A stretch of DNA of 64,000 bases from Octopus sinensis (lineage: Eukaryota): assembly GCF_006345805.1 (NCBI RefSeq), contig NC_043017.1, forward strand, positions 30,256,001 to 30,320,000, read 5' to 3'. How positions within the stretch are numbered: position 1 is the stretch's first letter; every line of letters begins with the position of its first letter. The translations under genes were made by a program, and so were the position numbers. This document shows positions 39,177 through 52,843 of the stretch, in pieces. The notes beneath the pieces are model-generated. The model did not search any database. It had not been told where the DNA came from and saw only the letters and a list, made by a program, of their open reading frames with translations.

Positions 39177-39837
39177 GGACCTTTACCTTTTGACCAACAG
39201 GTTTTTTTAAAAAGGATTTTTTTTAACTAAACATTTTCAAACTTTTGACACTAGTAGAATGTGTCATATAAAACATCTTTTACTTTTAGCGTTTCTGAGA
39301 AAAGCTTATATTTAGAAAGTTATTTCACATTCAAGTTGTAGTATTTTGGTAATTTCAACCATTCAATGACGTGTGTTCAGCTGATTCAAATTACTGCCGT
39401 TGTTTTTCAACAACTATCGGCGGTGTATTTTTCGTTTGTCACTGTTATTTATGACATTGTTCGAGCGTTTGTACTAGCTTTAGGGCTTTGGGGTTAGGGT
39501 TAGGGTTAGCGTTAAGGTTTTAGGGTTAGGATTTTAGGGTTAGGGTTGTCAGATACAACAGTGACAAACGAATTATACACCACCGCAAGTTCTTGTTGAC
39601 AAACAACAGCAGTAATTTTATTCAGCTGAATACACGTCATTGTTTGTTTGAAATTACCGAGATACAGGCGCAGGAGTGGCTGTGCGGTAAGTAGCTTGTC
39701 TACCAACCACATGGTTCCGGGTTCAGTCCCACTGCGTGGCACCTTGGGCAAGTGTCTACTATAGCCTCGGGCCGACCAAAGCCTTGTGATTGGATTTGTT
39801 AGACGGAAACTGAAAGAAGCCCGTCGTATATATGTGT

Positions 39838-39871
<34 letters not shown>

Positions 39872-40281
39872 ATATATATATATATATATGCGTGTGTGTA
39901 TCTGTGTTTGTCCCCTCCCATTGCTTGACAACCGATGTTGGTGTGTTTATGTCCCCGTCACTTAGCGGTTCGGCAAAAGAGACCGATAGAATAAGTACTG
40001 GGCTTACAAAGAATAAGTCCCGGGGTCGATTTGCTCGACTAAAGGCGGGGCTCCAGCATGGCCACCGCAGTCAAATGACTGAAACAAGTAAAAGAGTAAA
40101 AGAGAGAGTAAAGAGTATACTACAATTTTAACGTGAAATAACTTCCTAAATATAAGCTTTTCTCAAAAACGCTATGAGTAAAAGATGTTTTATATGACAC
40201 ATTCTACCAGTGTACGAAGTTTGAAAGTGTCTAGTTACAAAAAATTATTTTTTAAATCTGCCGGTCAAAAGGTAAAGATCC
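39177..40281. mobile_element. Foldback/MITE DNA transposon with ~280-bp TIRs, 8-bp TSD and central TTAGGG repeats
   Basis: TSD agtgaacc (39169-39176, 40282-40289), termini GGACCTTTACCTTTTGACC / GGTCAAAAGGTAAAGATCC. Left TIR 39177-39456; right TIR 39547-40281, interrupted by SINE A. Confidence 0.88.
39667..40113 (+). mobile_element. SINE family A nested in the foldback TIR
   Basis: Full-length A copy splitting the right TIR. Confidence 0.92.
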
Positions 40282-40859
40282 AGTGAACCGTCCACATCAG
40301 GCATAAATACTCTACCCGTTTTAGGTTCAAACCGACCAGATCCATCCTCACGCACATACCCTACAATGCCATTCTAAAATCAACAATCAATCGCAAAAAT
40401 TTTGCAGATATAAGATGATGCATGATTAATTCAAAACAATATTAAACATTATATATGACAAAAATAAACCGAATGCTTACGGATTAAAGAGACACAACGT
40501 CATTCCGACCATAGGATACGAAACTGGCCCCCATTTGGTTATTTCTCCGATATCCTATGTATTCAGATATCGGATTTTCCAAGAAGACAGTAAACCGACA
40601 TCGTAATTTACTCCATCTTTCTCTGATACTACAGCAATGATGTTACAGCAATCATACATCACAAGACTATAGAAGAAACTTCTAATATCTTCACATATTT
40701 CATAGAAAATTACTGAATATAAAATACAAACGTTCATTTTATATTCAATATTATTGTTGTTGCTTTTTTTTTGGTTTTGTTTATTGCAAAACAATTCGGC
40801 TGATTTATCATATTCAACAAAATTTATAATGATAATAATAATAATAATGAAAAATTGTT

Positions 40860-40926
<67 letters not shown>

Positions 40927-42589
40927 GACGTGTGAGAAGGAGAGAGAGAAACAGTGACGCTTAGGTAAAGATAGTTAAACGTATATTGGATTTAGGGAAA
41001 TATGGAGAAATACGTATACACTTTATTCTCCTTCTTCAATAGGATAATTGTCTTCCGTTTCCCCGTTTTATATTTATTCGTTTATTTACATTTTGTATGT
41101 GTTGCATTGCAATTTTCAGAAGAATATATTTATTTTTCGTTAGTTGTGGACTGCTACTTTCTTTCTTTCTTCCCTGCTTTGTTTTCTTTAGAAGATTCAG
41201 TATTCTTGATGACAGAAACTGAAAGTGAATAAAATCCGACTTCAAAGACGTTTCTAAAATCCTGATCCATAATTCTATATTGCTTGTCTGTTCTGAAGAA
41301 AGTCGTTATTTTACTTTCACCTTAGTAATCAATCATAGGGAAGAAAACCAATTATGATGAACAACAGCAACAGGCCTTCAGACCACTTGCAGATCGGCTG
41401 CTGCTGCTGTTGTTTGAGATTCATCTCATATAATAGCTCCGATAACCCGCTATCATATAGATATTTCAGTCAGACAAAGCAGATTTATTACGCGATAGAC
41501 CCAGCATTACTAACAGAAATATTTGTCAAATTCGTGATAAATAAGTTTTCTCACTGAATGTATGCTACTATTGAGATGAAAAAAGAAAAATTAATACAAA
41601 AGAATTAATTGATCTTCATTCTGATTCTGCATGTTTTATTTCTCTGAACTTGGCAATAGATTTCCCACGAAAATATTTACAGCTTTAGAATCGTATTAAA
41701 ACATTCGCCCTGCCTACATTACACTACCTGCTCACTAAGATTGATTTTCGGAAATAAAACTAAGTCCCTTAGTTCTAAAATGTTATGGGCAATGGTCATA
41801 TATTCTGTACTATACTATGGAGGAAAAAAAGAAAGTTTCTTTTAAGGAAAAATTGATAAATAAAATATATTTCTTTCTCCATTATATCAACAGTTCTCAC
41901 AATGGCAGGCATGACAAACAAACGGAAGAATAAAATATAAATGTTGCATAAAGTCTCCAGTAAAAGACTGGATATGATTTAAGAGGGGCGAGAGAAGAAA
42001 TTATTGACCAGTGAGCTCGATGTAGCAAGGAAAATAGAATATTGCAGTAACGACTATCGACCATTTAATGATTGCTTCTGGTCAAAAAACAAAAAGCAAA
42101 ACAAAAACAAAGCAAAAAAGCAGGGGCGACAAGTACCACAATTCAAATTAATTCAGTTTAAATTAAATGCAATTAATTAAGAATAGAATGCCATAGGGAA
42201 TGTGTATGATATTTTTCTTTCTAATTACCTAGCGACATTTAGAGATTTTTCTGCATGTATCTTGTATCGCTTTATAACTGAAAACAATGACGTCTGTAAA
42301 ATATTCTGGATAGCGAAATTTATCAACAGTTCTTTAATGAACACAATAGGTGCTTCGGCCTGAAGATCGTTGTGGAGATATGCTACATTTGATTAGAGAA
42401 GTTTTCTAAGTGGAAAAAGAGAATTCTATTAAACAGTTTACTTTCTATATGTACACACATGAAATATTCCAGTGTTGATAAAATGACTATCCGATCATGG
42501 ATTTTGATATAAGAAAAAGTCATTTAAGAATATACATGGTCATATAAATAGATAGATTTTTTAAAGTTAGTCATTTATGGGAGCTGGGA

Positions 42590-42975
42590 CTAACGATGAT
42601 GGTTGACACAAAATGCTTAGCGGCATTTCGTCTGTCTTTACCTTCTGAGTTGGAATACCGCCAAGGTCGACTTTGCCTTTCATCCTTCCGAGTTCGATAA
42701 AATGACTTCCGGGTGAGTACCGCCGTTGATGTAATCGATTTAGCCTCTCTAAGAAATTGTTGGCCTTGAAACCAACATTTCGGGCCTGTGTAAGGTGGCG
42801 AATAGGCAGAAAGATTACCATGCCGGTCAAAATGTCTATTGGCATTTCGTTCATCTTTACAATGAAATTCCACCGAGATCAGCTTTGCCTTTCATCGCTT
42901 CAGGATCGATTAAGTACCGGTTGATAAGTAGACACGAGGTAATCGACTTATATCCTTCCCGAAATTGCTGGACCA
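42590..42975. mobile_element. Two old SINE B copies in the same (+) orientation, head to tail
   Basis: aaatgcttagcggcatttcgtctg...gtcgactttgcctttcatccttccg at ~42590-42780, and ggcgaataggcagaa...tttgcctttcatcg at ~42795-42975. Confidence 0.7.
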
Positions 42976-43247
42976 ATATTTCCGTACCTGTGAGTTTTGA
43001 TTCAACACTTACAAGATCAAGGTCATTTAAGCCTTTGTATATATAAGAGAGCAGTGAACAGTTTTCCTTTCTTTCAAAGATGGTCGTGCGTTTTAAGATG
43101 TACCCACACCTAGTTTTTCAGGTTCCTTTAGCAAACATTGGCGACAAAAGACTGCCAAATATTTCGACTAGGAAACCTTTGAATAAGTATATATACGACA
43201 TCAAGAAGGAGTCATTCGTAACCCCACCCCCCAAAAAAAACACAGTA

Positions 43248-43654
43248 CTCTTACTCTTTACTCTTTTACTTGTTTCAGTCATTTGACTGCAGCCATGCTG
43301 GAGCACCGCCTTTAGTCGAGGAAATCAACCCCCAGGACTTATTCTTTGTAAGCCTAGTACTTATTCTATCGGGCTCTCTTGCCGAACCGCTAATTTACGA
43401 GGACGTAAACACACCAGCATCGGTTGTCCATCGATGCTGGGGGGGACACAGACACAGAAACCCACACACATATATATATATATACATATATACGACGGGC
43501 TTCTTTCAGTTTCCGTCTACCAAATCCACTCACAAGGCTTTGGTTGGCCCGAGGCTATAGTAGAAGACAATTGCTCAAGGTGTCACGCAGTGGGACTGAA
43601 TCCGGAACCATGTGGTTGGTAAACAAGCTACTTACAACACAGCCACTCCTGCGC
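43248..43654 (-). mobile_element. SINE family A
   Basis: Homology to the other A copies. Confidence 0.92.
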
Positions 43655-44597
43655 CTGTAGTATATCCTTTGCAACAAAAGTACAGTATCGTTAAACAAAT
43701 AACTTCTTTGTCATAGGGAAATTCAGTATGTTCTGGGGTGCTAGTGAGTTTTTATTATGATGCGTTAATGACACTTGAAAGGAATGTTTACAAAGAATTC
43801 TGTCAGTCTTAATTTGTAAAATCATACAAAACAGAGTAATTTATTCAATTTTAATTCTCTTGCTTGTAACGTATTATTCTTGGCTGAAGCGTCATGACGT
43901 CATAATTTCCTCTGATCTCTCATATTCTTGGACAAAATATGTATAGGAAACATTTATATTTCTGTTGAATATTAACTATATAACGAATTAAAGAAATCTC
44001 AAGAGACGCTTGGAAGAGAGCCATGTATGAACTGTAACTCATATATTATATACATCACTCGTTGATTCTACGTATAATCGCTTTTCTAAAATGAAAACCT
44101 ACATACACACCAATATTTGGGCATATTAGGCGGTGACCTAGTAGAATCGATAGCAAACCGCTCGAAAATTCTACTCGAAAAACTAAATTAATGTAGTAAA
44201 CTTTATAATATTCGATAAACTTGAATTTTTGTAACCTTGGCAGCCAAAGGATCCGCTTATAAACGTATAGGAATATATCTATATACATATATAATTATGT
44301 TATATTCTATTCAGAACGTAGTAGATTAAAAAAACTCGTCTACCTTCGGTTTTCACCCGGTACTATCCAGTAGTAATATTATACGTATTACACGTATAAT
44401 ATTATACGATTTGTTTTGGGGCTTCTGTAAAATGTGAATAGATAAAAGAATAGTTCTCCAGGCCTGCAAGTATTTAATTATGTAATCGTTTTCTTGCATT
44501 ATGAGTTCTAGTTATGTTACCTCAGGCGATACATAAATATTTTCTCATGAACTCAAATTCTCTCGGGGCGGGAAGAGGTGAGGAAGAGAGTTCACTG

Positions 44598-44631
<34 letters not shown>

Positions 44632-44641
44632 CAATGCAGAT

Positions 44642-45200
44642 ACGCGGTGAGTTGGCTGAGTCGTTAGTACGTCGGGTGAAATGCGTAGTCGTATTTCGTC
44701 TGCCGTTACGTTCTGAGTTCAAATTTCCACCGAGGTAGACTTTGCCTTTCATCCTTTCCGGGTCGATAAATTAAATACCAGTTACGCACTGGTGTCGATA
44801 TAATCGACTTAATCCGCTTGTCTGTTCTTGTATGTCCTCTCTGTGTTTAGCCTCTTGTGGGTAGTAAAGAAATAGGTATTTCGTCTGCCGCTACGTTGTG
44901 AGTTCAAATTCCACCGAGGTCGACTTTTCCTTTCATCTTTTCGAGGTCGATTAAATAAGTACCAGTTACGCACTGGGGTCGATATAATCGACTTAATCCG
45001 TTTGTCTTCTCTGTATTTAGCCCCTTGTGGGTAGTAAAGAAATAGGTATTTGTTTATCTTCTTGTTCTGAGTCCAAATGTCGCCTTTCAAATGTCGAGGC
45101 GGATAATTTAAATACCAGTTACGCACTGGGGTCGATATAATCGACTTAATCCCTTCATCCAATTTCCAGGATTTGTGCTTGAAGTAGAAATGATTATTAT
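44642..45200 (+). mobile_element. SINE family B head-to-tail trimer
   Basis: The tail aaagaaata joins directly to internal ggtattt twice (~44875, ~45045). The last unit ends in the older-type tail and (att)n. Confidence 0.85.
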
Positions 45201-45379
45201 TGTATGCAGCACAAGGGCGATGTATATTCCGAACGGTGGTAATATCTTGGAATTTTCTCACTATGCTTCTTTATTAGGTTTTCTTAACACGATAGACAAG
45301 GCTTTTTCAAGTCTATATGTATGTGTGTGTGCGCATGTATGTATGTATGTGTTTATATATATGTATATATATATAACTA

Positions 45380-45555
45380 GGGGTGGCTGTGTGGTACGTA
45401 GCTTGTTTACCTGCCACATAGTTCCGGGTTGAGTCCCACTGAGTGCCAGCTGGGACAAGTGTCTTCTACAATCACCCCGAGACCAAAGCCTTGTGAGTGC
45501 ATTTAACAGACGGAAACTGAAAGAATCCTGTCTCTCGTGTGTGTGTGTGTGTGTG

Positions 45556-45596
<41 letters not shown>

Positions 45597-45825
45597 CGTG
45601 TGTGCGTGTGTGCGTGTGTGTGTGTGTGCGTGCGTGTGTGTGTGTGTGTGCCCCAACCATCGCTTGAGAAACGATGATGGTGTCATTCCGTTACCGTAAC
45701 CTTAGCGGCTCGATAAAAGGGACCGATAGAGAAAGTATAGGCTTCCAGAGAATAAGGCCTGCGGTCGATTTGTTAGACTAAAAGGCGACGCTCCAGCATG
45801 GCTGCAGTCAACTGACTGAAACAAG
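45380..45825 (+). mobile_element. SINE family A, diverged, with (TG)n insert
   Basis: Homology to the other A copies. Confidence 0.85.
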
Positions 45826-46769
45826 AAATTAACAGAATAATATTTGGTAAACCAATATTGCACTATTTTAAACGTGCTCTCTCTTTCTGTTTATACATAT
45901 GTGAGGGTGTGTATGGATTGACGTATGTATGCATGTAGGTGTGTGATCACGTATGTCATGTATGTATACGTATGTGTGTATAAATGTAGATATATAATAA
46001 AAAGGATGTATGTGTAAATGTAAGCCAATAAACCGAATGACTGGAGAATTCTTGAAGGTCAGCCAAGGACAAACACAAGTGTAACCAGCCATGAAAAATA
46101 AATCAACAGTACATTGAAATCGAATGCCAATCCCTTCAAAAGAAACCTCAATAGCAAAGCCCCCAACCCACTCCCTCCGTGCATTCAAAACAGTTTTTCA
46201 ACAGACTTTCAGCCACAACACATTTGTTGATACACTCAGTGTATCTCGAAGGTCACGAGAGAGAAATAGGATGTACTTGAAGCTGAGAACGACAAAATTT
46301 CTATATTGGTGTTTGATTAATACGAACTATTCAATAATGAAAGAAAGGCCTAGTCTCTCTGGTCAAATAGTTCATGTAGGGGAGAGTCGATTCAGCAGAG
46401 AGTCAGTGTAATCTAAACTGAATCAAGGTAAGGTGCCTAAAACACAAGCCAAAGAAGAAATATACAGACAATCTGAAACAGGTAATTATGTTAACCAGTA
46501 CTAATGGCAAAATCTAGGAAATGACTGTTCCAGACAGACACCAGTTAAGGATTCGGATGTAGAGTGATGATGAGGAGGAAATGAAGTGCATCTCTTGCGC
46601 TGAACTGAAAATTGCTGCGCGACCTCTATACGCATGCATGTGTAATTACATATATTTATACATACGAACACACTTTATAGATATCTATCTATATACACAT
46701 ATATTTATGTATGTGTGTGTACTTAAGTATATATATACATATATATATATATATTTGTATGTATGCATA

Positions 46770-47170
46770 TATATGTTCGTATGTATGTATATATGTTTGT
46801 ATGTATGTATGTATATGTTTGTATGTATGTATGTATATATGTTTGTATGTATGTATGCATATATGTTTGTATGTATGTATGTATATATGTTTGTATGTAT
46901 GTATGTATATATGTTTGTATGTATGTATGTATATATGTTTGTATGTATGTATGTATGTTTGTATGCATGTATATATGTTTGTATGTATATATGTTTGTAT
47001 GTATGTATGTATATGTTTGTATGTATGTATATGTTGTATGTATGTATGTATGTATGTATGTATATGTTTGTATGTATATATGTTTGTATGTATCTATATA
47101 TATATATGTTTGTATGTATCTATGTATATATGTTTGTATGTATCTATGTATATATGTTTGTATGTATGTG
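46770..47170. repeat. Minisatellite [ATATGTTTGTATGTATGT]n
   Basis: Direct reading of the sequence. Confidence 0.95.
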
Positions 47171-47217
47171 TGTATATATATATATATGAGTTAATCTTAT
47201 ATACGAGCTAATCTTAT

Positions 47218-47256
<39 letters not shown>

Positions 47257-47261
47257 TTATA

Positions 47262-48235
47262 AGTTTTAGCTCTAAAGTTGTGACCATGCTGGGGCACCGC
47301 CCATGTAATCGCCTTTTAATTTGCCAATTCTTTGTGATTGTCTATTGGTGAAGAGGAGAGTTCGATCTTGCCGCCCTCTTTTGTGTTTCCTTCCTTGATA
47401 TTGGTTCATCTGGGATCTTGGATAGCAAGAGGACAAGTTGTTTCATGAAACCAACTACCCACTGTGTGGAGATCCCTCAGAATATTTTTGTAAAGCGTTA
47501 AATAACTGTGGGCCCTTAAATCCAAGGTTATTGCAGTACACCTTAAACGGGACAGCTGCGACTATTTGAACAGTGACCTCCATTCAGGGGTCTGGTATAA
47601 CTCTCAATTCCAATGTTTGGTGCTAAACCTTCCAGTATCTTCCACATATATCACTGCACACCTCTCCCCTCTTCGCTCATTTCGCTTTTACAGCTTGGTT
47701 TCTGTCTTTTAAGAAGTCATGTAACCACTATCCGATTTTCCCAGCTATGCCGGGTCTCCGTAGTTTGTTACATATAATCCTATGATCAATCTTATTAATT
47801 ATATCCACATTTAAGATATTCATTAATTGTTTCAACGCCCAGTCATAGTTCTGCAAAAGCTGTGAAAATCCTACTTCTTTCTGAGCGAAAGCCATGCTGG
47901 GTGTCAGGAAGCAATTCATTATCTTCAAGGAACGCAATCACTTTCCTCCTGAAGATGCGCTCCATGATTTTGCTGACATGGGAAGTTCCAGAGAGACGTC
48001 TATAATTTTTAGCCTCTACTCTACTACCTCCTCCCTTATGGATAGGGCATATTATGCGTTCCTTTAACATATTGGGAATTCTTCCAGTTATGAAGAAGCT
48101 CTGGCAGAGAATCTGAAGTGGTCTTGCTAGAGCCCTTTTCCATTCCTTTAGGAGGGTTGCTGGAAAACGTGTCAGGGCCTAAATTTGAGCTCATTTCACA
48201 AATCGTTGATAACATATCAGTTTCCCCTATTTTGA
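47262..48235 (-). mobile_element. CR1-group LINE remnant with internal deletion (RT N-terminal part, C-terminus and 3' end)
   Basis: ORF 47843-48070 reads [29 protein letters not shown]...QHGFR, followed by KIDHRIICNKL...GIAGK. The C-terminal WKILEGLAPNIGIESY and the tail ggcggtgccccagcatggtcac resemble 26670-27100. Confidence 0.88.
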
Positions 48236-48239
48236 TGAT

Positions 48240-48364
<125 letters not shown>

Positions 48365-48423
48365 ATGCGTGTGTGTGTCTGTGAGTATGTTTATATATAT
48401 ATATATATATATATACACAAATA

Positions 48424-48589
48424 TACGGTGAGATTCTTTCAGTTTCCGTCTACCAAATCCACTCACAAGGCTTTGGTCAGCCCGAGGATATAGTAGAAGA
48501 CACTTGCACAAGTTACCATGCAGTGGGACTAAACGCGGAACCAATGTGGTTGGGAAGCTAGTTTCATATTGCACAGCTACTCCTGCGCC
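48424..48589 (-). mobile_element. SINE family A, 5' half
   Basis: Head homology. Confidence 0.85.
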
Positions 48590-50364
48590 TTATATATAAT
48601 ATCTTTTATTCGAAAGGAGCAGATTATAAACTGTCTTTATCACTTTTGTGAGAATAAATGCTAAATGGAAGATGCATCGTTAGAAATAACTTTTAACGTA
48701 GGTATTTGTCTTAATTCTACTAACACTGAATGAGATTACATCTGAACGCAAATACACAAAATCTTATTATTCATTTATGTTATATAGGTATATTAATATT
48801 TTGTACCGCTCATAAAAGTACATCGTACAGTTGTTCTGATTCACCCAAAAATCTAGATTATAAGTAAATAAAATTTGAATAATTGATGTTTTTGTTCAGT
48901 GCTTTTATGCATTTATTTATAGCTAAACAAGATTCCCATGGAATTTGCGCAAATAAGGAGAACGCCATGAAGGAAACAAATATTAAAACAATGAAAGAAA
49001 GGAATATGGAAGTAAAAAAAGAAAAGAATTTTACATGAATAAGATATTAAAACAAATTGAAATTGCATTTGAATGTATTGGAAATATTTACAAAATGTTA
49101 GATTACATCAACTGAATGTTTCTAGGATTATTAAAAACAAAACACGAATACAATAGAAATTAATTTCCTTGAAAAAAAAAATTTTGGCTACGATAATGCA
49201 GCTAAAACATAAATAACTTTGTCACATTGAAAAAATAAATTTCAGATAAAATGAAGGAGATAAAATTTGTTAATTTCAATTTCATCAATTCTCTGGAAGG
49301 TCAAACTCGTACATTCGTATAGTGTTTCAAATACGGTGTTAACTTTTCTATCGTAGCAACTAAAGGATTTAAGCTGTACTGAATGTTCGATACTGAATAA
49401 GGTAAATGATGTCGATCTATTACTAAATTTATACGTTCATGGATTCATTATTCTAGTTTTCATTAAAAAAATAATTTTGGTAGAACTATAATAAAAACAA
49501 TAGTCAGTCTATGGTCATTCGATATTTTATGAAAGCGTCTGATGTCTCAGTCCAACCATACTTTACATTGAACAGCTGGTTACCTTTCTATTGTTTGTTA
49601 TAGTAGAATGTTGCTACAGTAGAAATCATTTCTACTATACCAACAAGGCCACGAAAGTTTGGGAGATGAACCTAGTCAATAAAATCGATGTCAATACTTA
49701 TTACATGGAACCCAGATGAATGAAATGTAATGTAGGCATTGGGGGAGATCAAAACTTGAATGAAAGGTAAAATCGGTCTTGGCAGGGCATAGACATCATA
49801 AAGAAAATTCGAAGAATTACATCTAATTATTTTTTCCAGTGTGTTAACATTTCTGCTCTCCCTCTCTTTCTTTCTCTCTCTATCTCCCCCTTAAAAAAAA
49901 CAAAAAAAAAAAACAAACATACAAATATTGCGATCTAATGCAAAGCTAACGGTAAAAGAAATAAGAGAATGATCGGATATATCTGTACAAGCATCGCGTT
50001 CTTGACTCGGTAGAAAGATTTCCTGATGTCGAATGCAATCACATTCCTCTCACAAAATTCCCTCAAGCCATCTAGCGGGTGACAGGAGAGAGAAGGGCAG
50101 ATATATATAGAGAGAAATGAGAAACCATGTAGTGCAGATCAGTTAAAAGAGAGATTTAAGTTGATGTAAGACGACATTATTAATACCTACGCCCGTTGGC
50201 CAACAAGTACTAAAGTGAGCGTAATATTAGAGTGGTTGCACAGACTGGTATTCTTAGGAATCAGAAAGGCTAACGTATAAATCTCTGAATACTGGAGAAA
50301 CTGTAGAAATTTTATTAGTGTAAAGGTTAGATCTGATATCAGTGAATGTAGTTAATGGAAGAGA

Positions 50365-50784
50365 GGCATCATAACCAGTTGCTAGGTATGTTGCTACCCA
50401 ATCACATGCCCCTGGGTTCAACCCCACTGTGTGGTGCCTTGGAATAGTATCTTCAAGTATACACTCGGTCTGAGAAGACTTCTGAGTGGAATTTACTAAA
50501 CGGAAACTGAAAGAATTCCGTCGTATATTTGTATGTGTGTGTGTATTTGAATACATAGATATACACATACACACACAAACATATATATACAAATGCATAA
50601 ATGTATGTATATATATTTCGTTTTTTGATTTGGTTTACATGATTCTCTATATGAGTTCGTGTGACTATTGAAAAGGTTGCAAGACGCAAAAAAAATTTTA
50701 GAAAATAAAAATAAGAAATAAGTGGAAATTTTACCGGTGAGTGTGTTAAATAATAAGGCGCTCTCCCCAGACACAACAAAATAT

Positions 50785-50818
<34 letters not shown>

Positions 50819-51130
50819 CAGTATATATATATATATATATAACAGAATATATATATATATATACATAGATATGACTGTGTGTGCGTGTGAGTATGTATAT
50901 ATATATATATGTATATACCCATGTGTGTGCGTAGCATGTGCTCCCAACCCAACCCCACGCGTCTTTACAACCGCTGTTGGTTTACTTAGGTCCTCATAAC
51001 CTAGTGGTTCGACAAAATAACCGAAAAAATAAGTGCCACGTTCGAGTTAAAAAAAAAACACAATCATTACAAGCTGGAGCTGCATCATGGCCGCAGTGTA
51101 ATGACTGAAAGAAGTAAAAAGGGAAAAGAT
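50365..51130 (+). mobile_element. Old SINE A split at its microsatellite slot (50365-50525 plus 50930-51130)
   Basis: Diverged head and tail separated by ~400 bp of (TA)n and an unrelated insert. Confidence 0.65.
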
Positions 51131-51909
51131 AAACGACAATGCTAATTGAGGAACTAAAGTTTGCTATATCAGTTCACTTCTGTTCCTTTTCCTAACATTA
51201 ACATATGTGGACTAATCAACAATCACAAATTATCTAATCTAACTGTCCTACTTTTAATTACGATTATATCAGTTTATTACTGTCTCATTTTCTTTGGAGA
51301 AATCCCACACGTACTTACAATAGCCATTTTCAATAAATTGTTTTATGATGATGTTACATTCCTCTTTTCATCTTAAAACTCGTTATTTCTGCTAAACTCC
51401 CAGGGCATTATTTTTTCTTCTATTCAACTGTGACTCATTTAATAATATTTTTCTGCCAGATTTCTATATTCACTCACCTAAAGGAGTTAATCTTTCATCT
51501 ACTTTGGCACACTCTCGATATTTTTATGATCATTATCAGTACTATTAATACCGTTATTGTTGTTAATACTAATATTGTTATTTGAGTAGTCTCATTTGTA
51601 TTGCGTGTTTTCGATGCGTTAAGTGTTTTCTTTTCTCTATTTTATTGAAAGTACTCTGCGACTTATGTGTGCAGTGCCAATAATTATTTAGTTACGCTTG
51701 TTGGTACAAAACTTAGAATTTCCATACACATGATTAGAGCCTTGAAATAACCCACACATAACCCCGATAGTCCAAAAGTGTGTGAAGTTACACGACCAAG
51801 AGGAACTGAGAGGAACGGGAAATCATCGCTTTAAAATCTTATTCGATCTAACTTGTACTTAACATTCACTTCTCTTTCAAACAATACATGCATACATACA
51901 TACATACAT

Positions 51910-52638
51910 GGTGGTTGCCCCCTCGTTATCGAGTATGGCCATTGCACGAAGCTTAACTGTTACTGGTGCTGTGATCAAATGTGACTTTTTAGCCCAGCTA
52001 AAGATCTACAATGTCTTGTACAAAATTAGCAACTAAAACCTTTACCGGTAATAATCGGCTGTAGTTGTAACTGGGCTTCATGTACCTTTGCATGTCGTTT
52101 AAGTCCTCCTACCGAATTACACACTTCCACATGCCCGACACATGATTAGTATGGTGGCCAGGTTGGCACTCATCTGTCTCGTTTCATGACTACGAAGATG
52201 ACTCTTGAGTTCAGCTTTACTGAGGCAGGGTCTTGCATAGACATTGTATGTCAGCATCAAAGGAAGACCCTTCCCTTCTGGAAGTGTAACAGCGATGCCC
52301 TTCCTGACATCCCTCCTTACTTTCTCATGTGCAACTCGAGATTTCTCAAAAGTGGCTGTCCCCTCATGCACAATCCTTCTCCACCTGCTACGATCAATAG
52401 CTATGCCTTCCCATGTGTCAGCAAGTCCTTATACACATATCGATACCACCTTAAACAACGGATCTATGGCTTTAAGTGGAAGGACCGCATCAGTGATCTT
52501 GAAATACTGGAAGACTCTCGGTGTGAAAGTATAGAAGCTCTTGTGTTAAAGCAAAAGCTCAGATGGAGTGGTCATCTGGTCAGAATGAAGGATTTAAGGA
52601 TGCCAAAACAACTCTTTTACGGAGAGTTAGCTAAAGGA
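51910..52638 (-). mobile_element. RTE-BovB-type LINE 3' fragment with 5' inversion
   Basis: Minus 51910-52445 reads DTWEGIAIDRSRWRRIV...CLSKAELKSHLRSH plus 3' tail. Plus 52447-52638 reads RIYGFKWKDRISDLEIL...LRWSGHLVRMKDLRMPKQLFYGEL. Flanked by catacatacatacatg repeats. Confidence 0.88.
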
Positions 52639-52843
52639 GCATACATACATACATGCGTATATGTATGTGTTTGTGTCTATGTACGTGAAGGTATGCATAT
52701 ATGGTAATACGTGTGGATTGATGCGTGTCTTTTGTAAGTGTGTTTGCGTATGTCTGTGCATTCACTAATGCGTGAATATGTAGCTATACATCGATGAGTC
52801 GATTTTATATGCACATAATTTCGTGACATTTAGACAACTATTA

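Noticed and set aside
39479-39547. Telomere or chromosome-fusion scar
   Set aside because: Short, degenerate and enclosed within a TIR element with an 8-bp TSD.
46581-47211. ORFs of 143-202 aa
   Set aside because: Minisatellite read-through; the same applies to 60678-61433 and 55748-56168.
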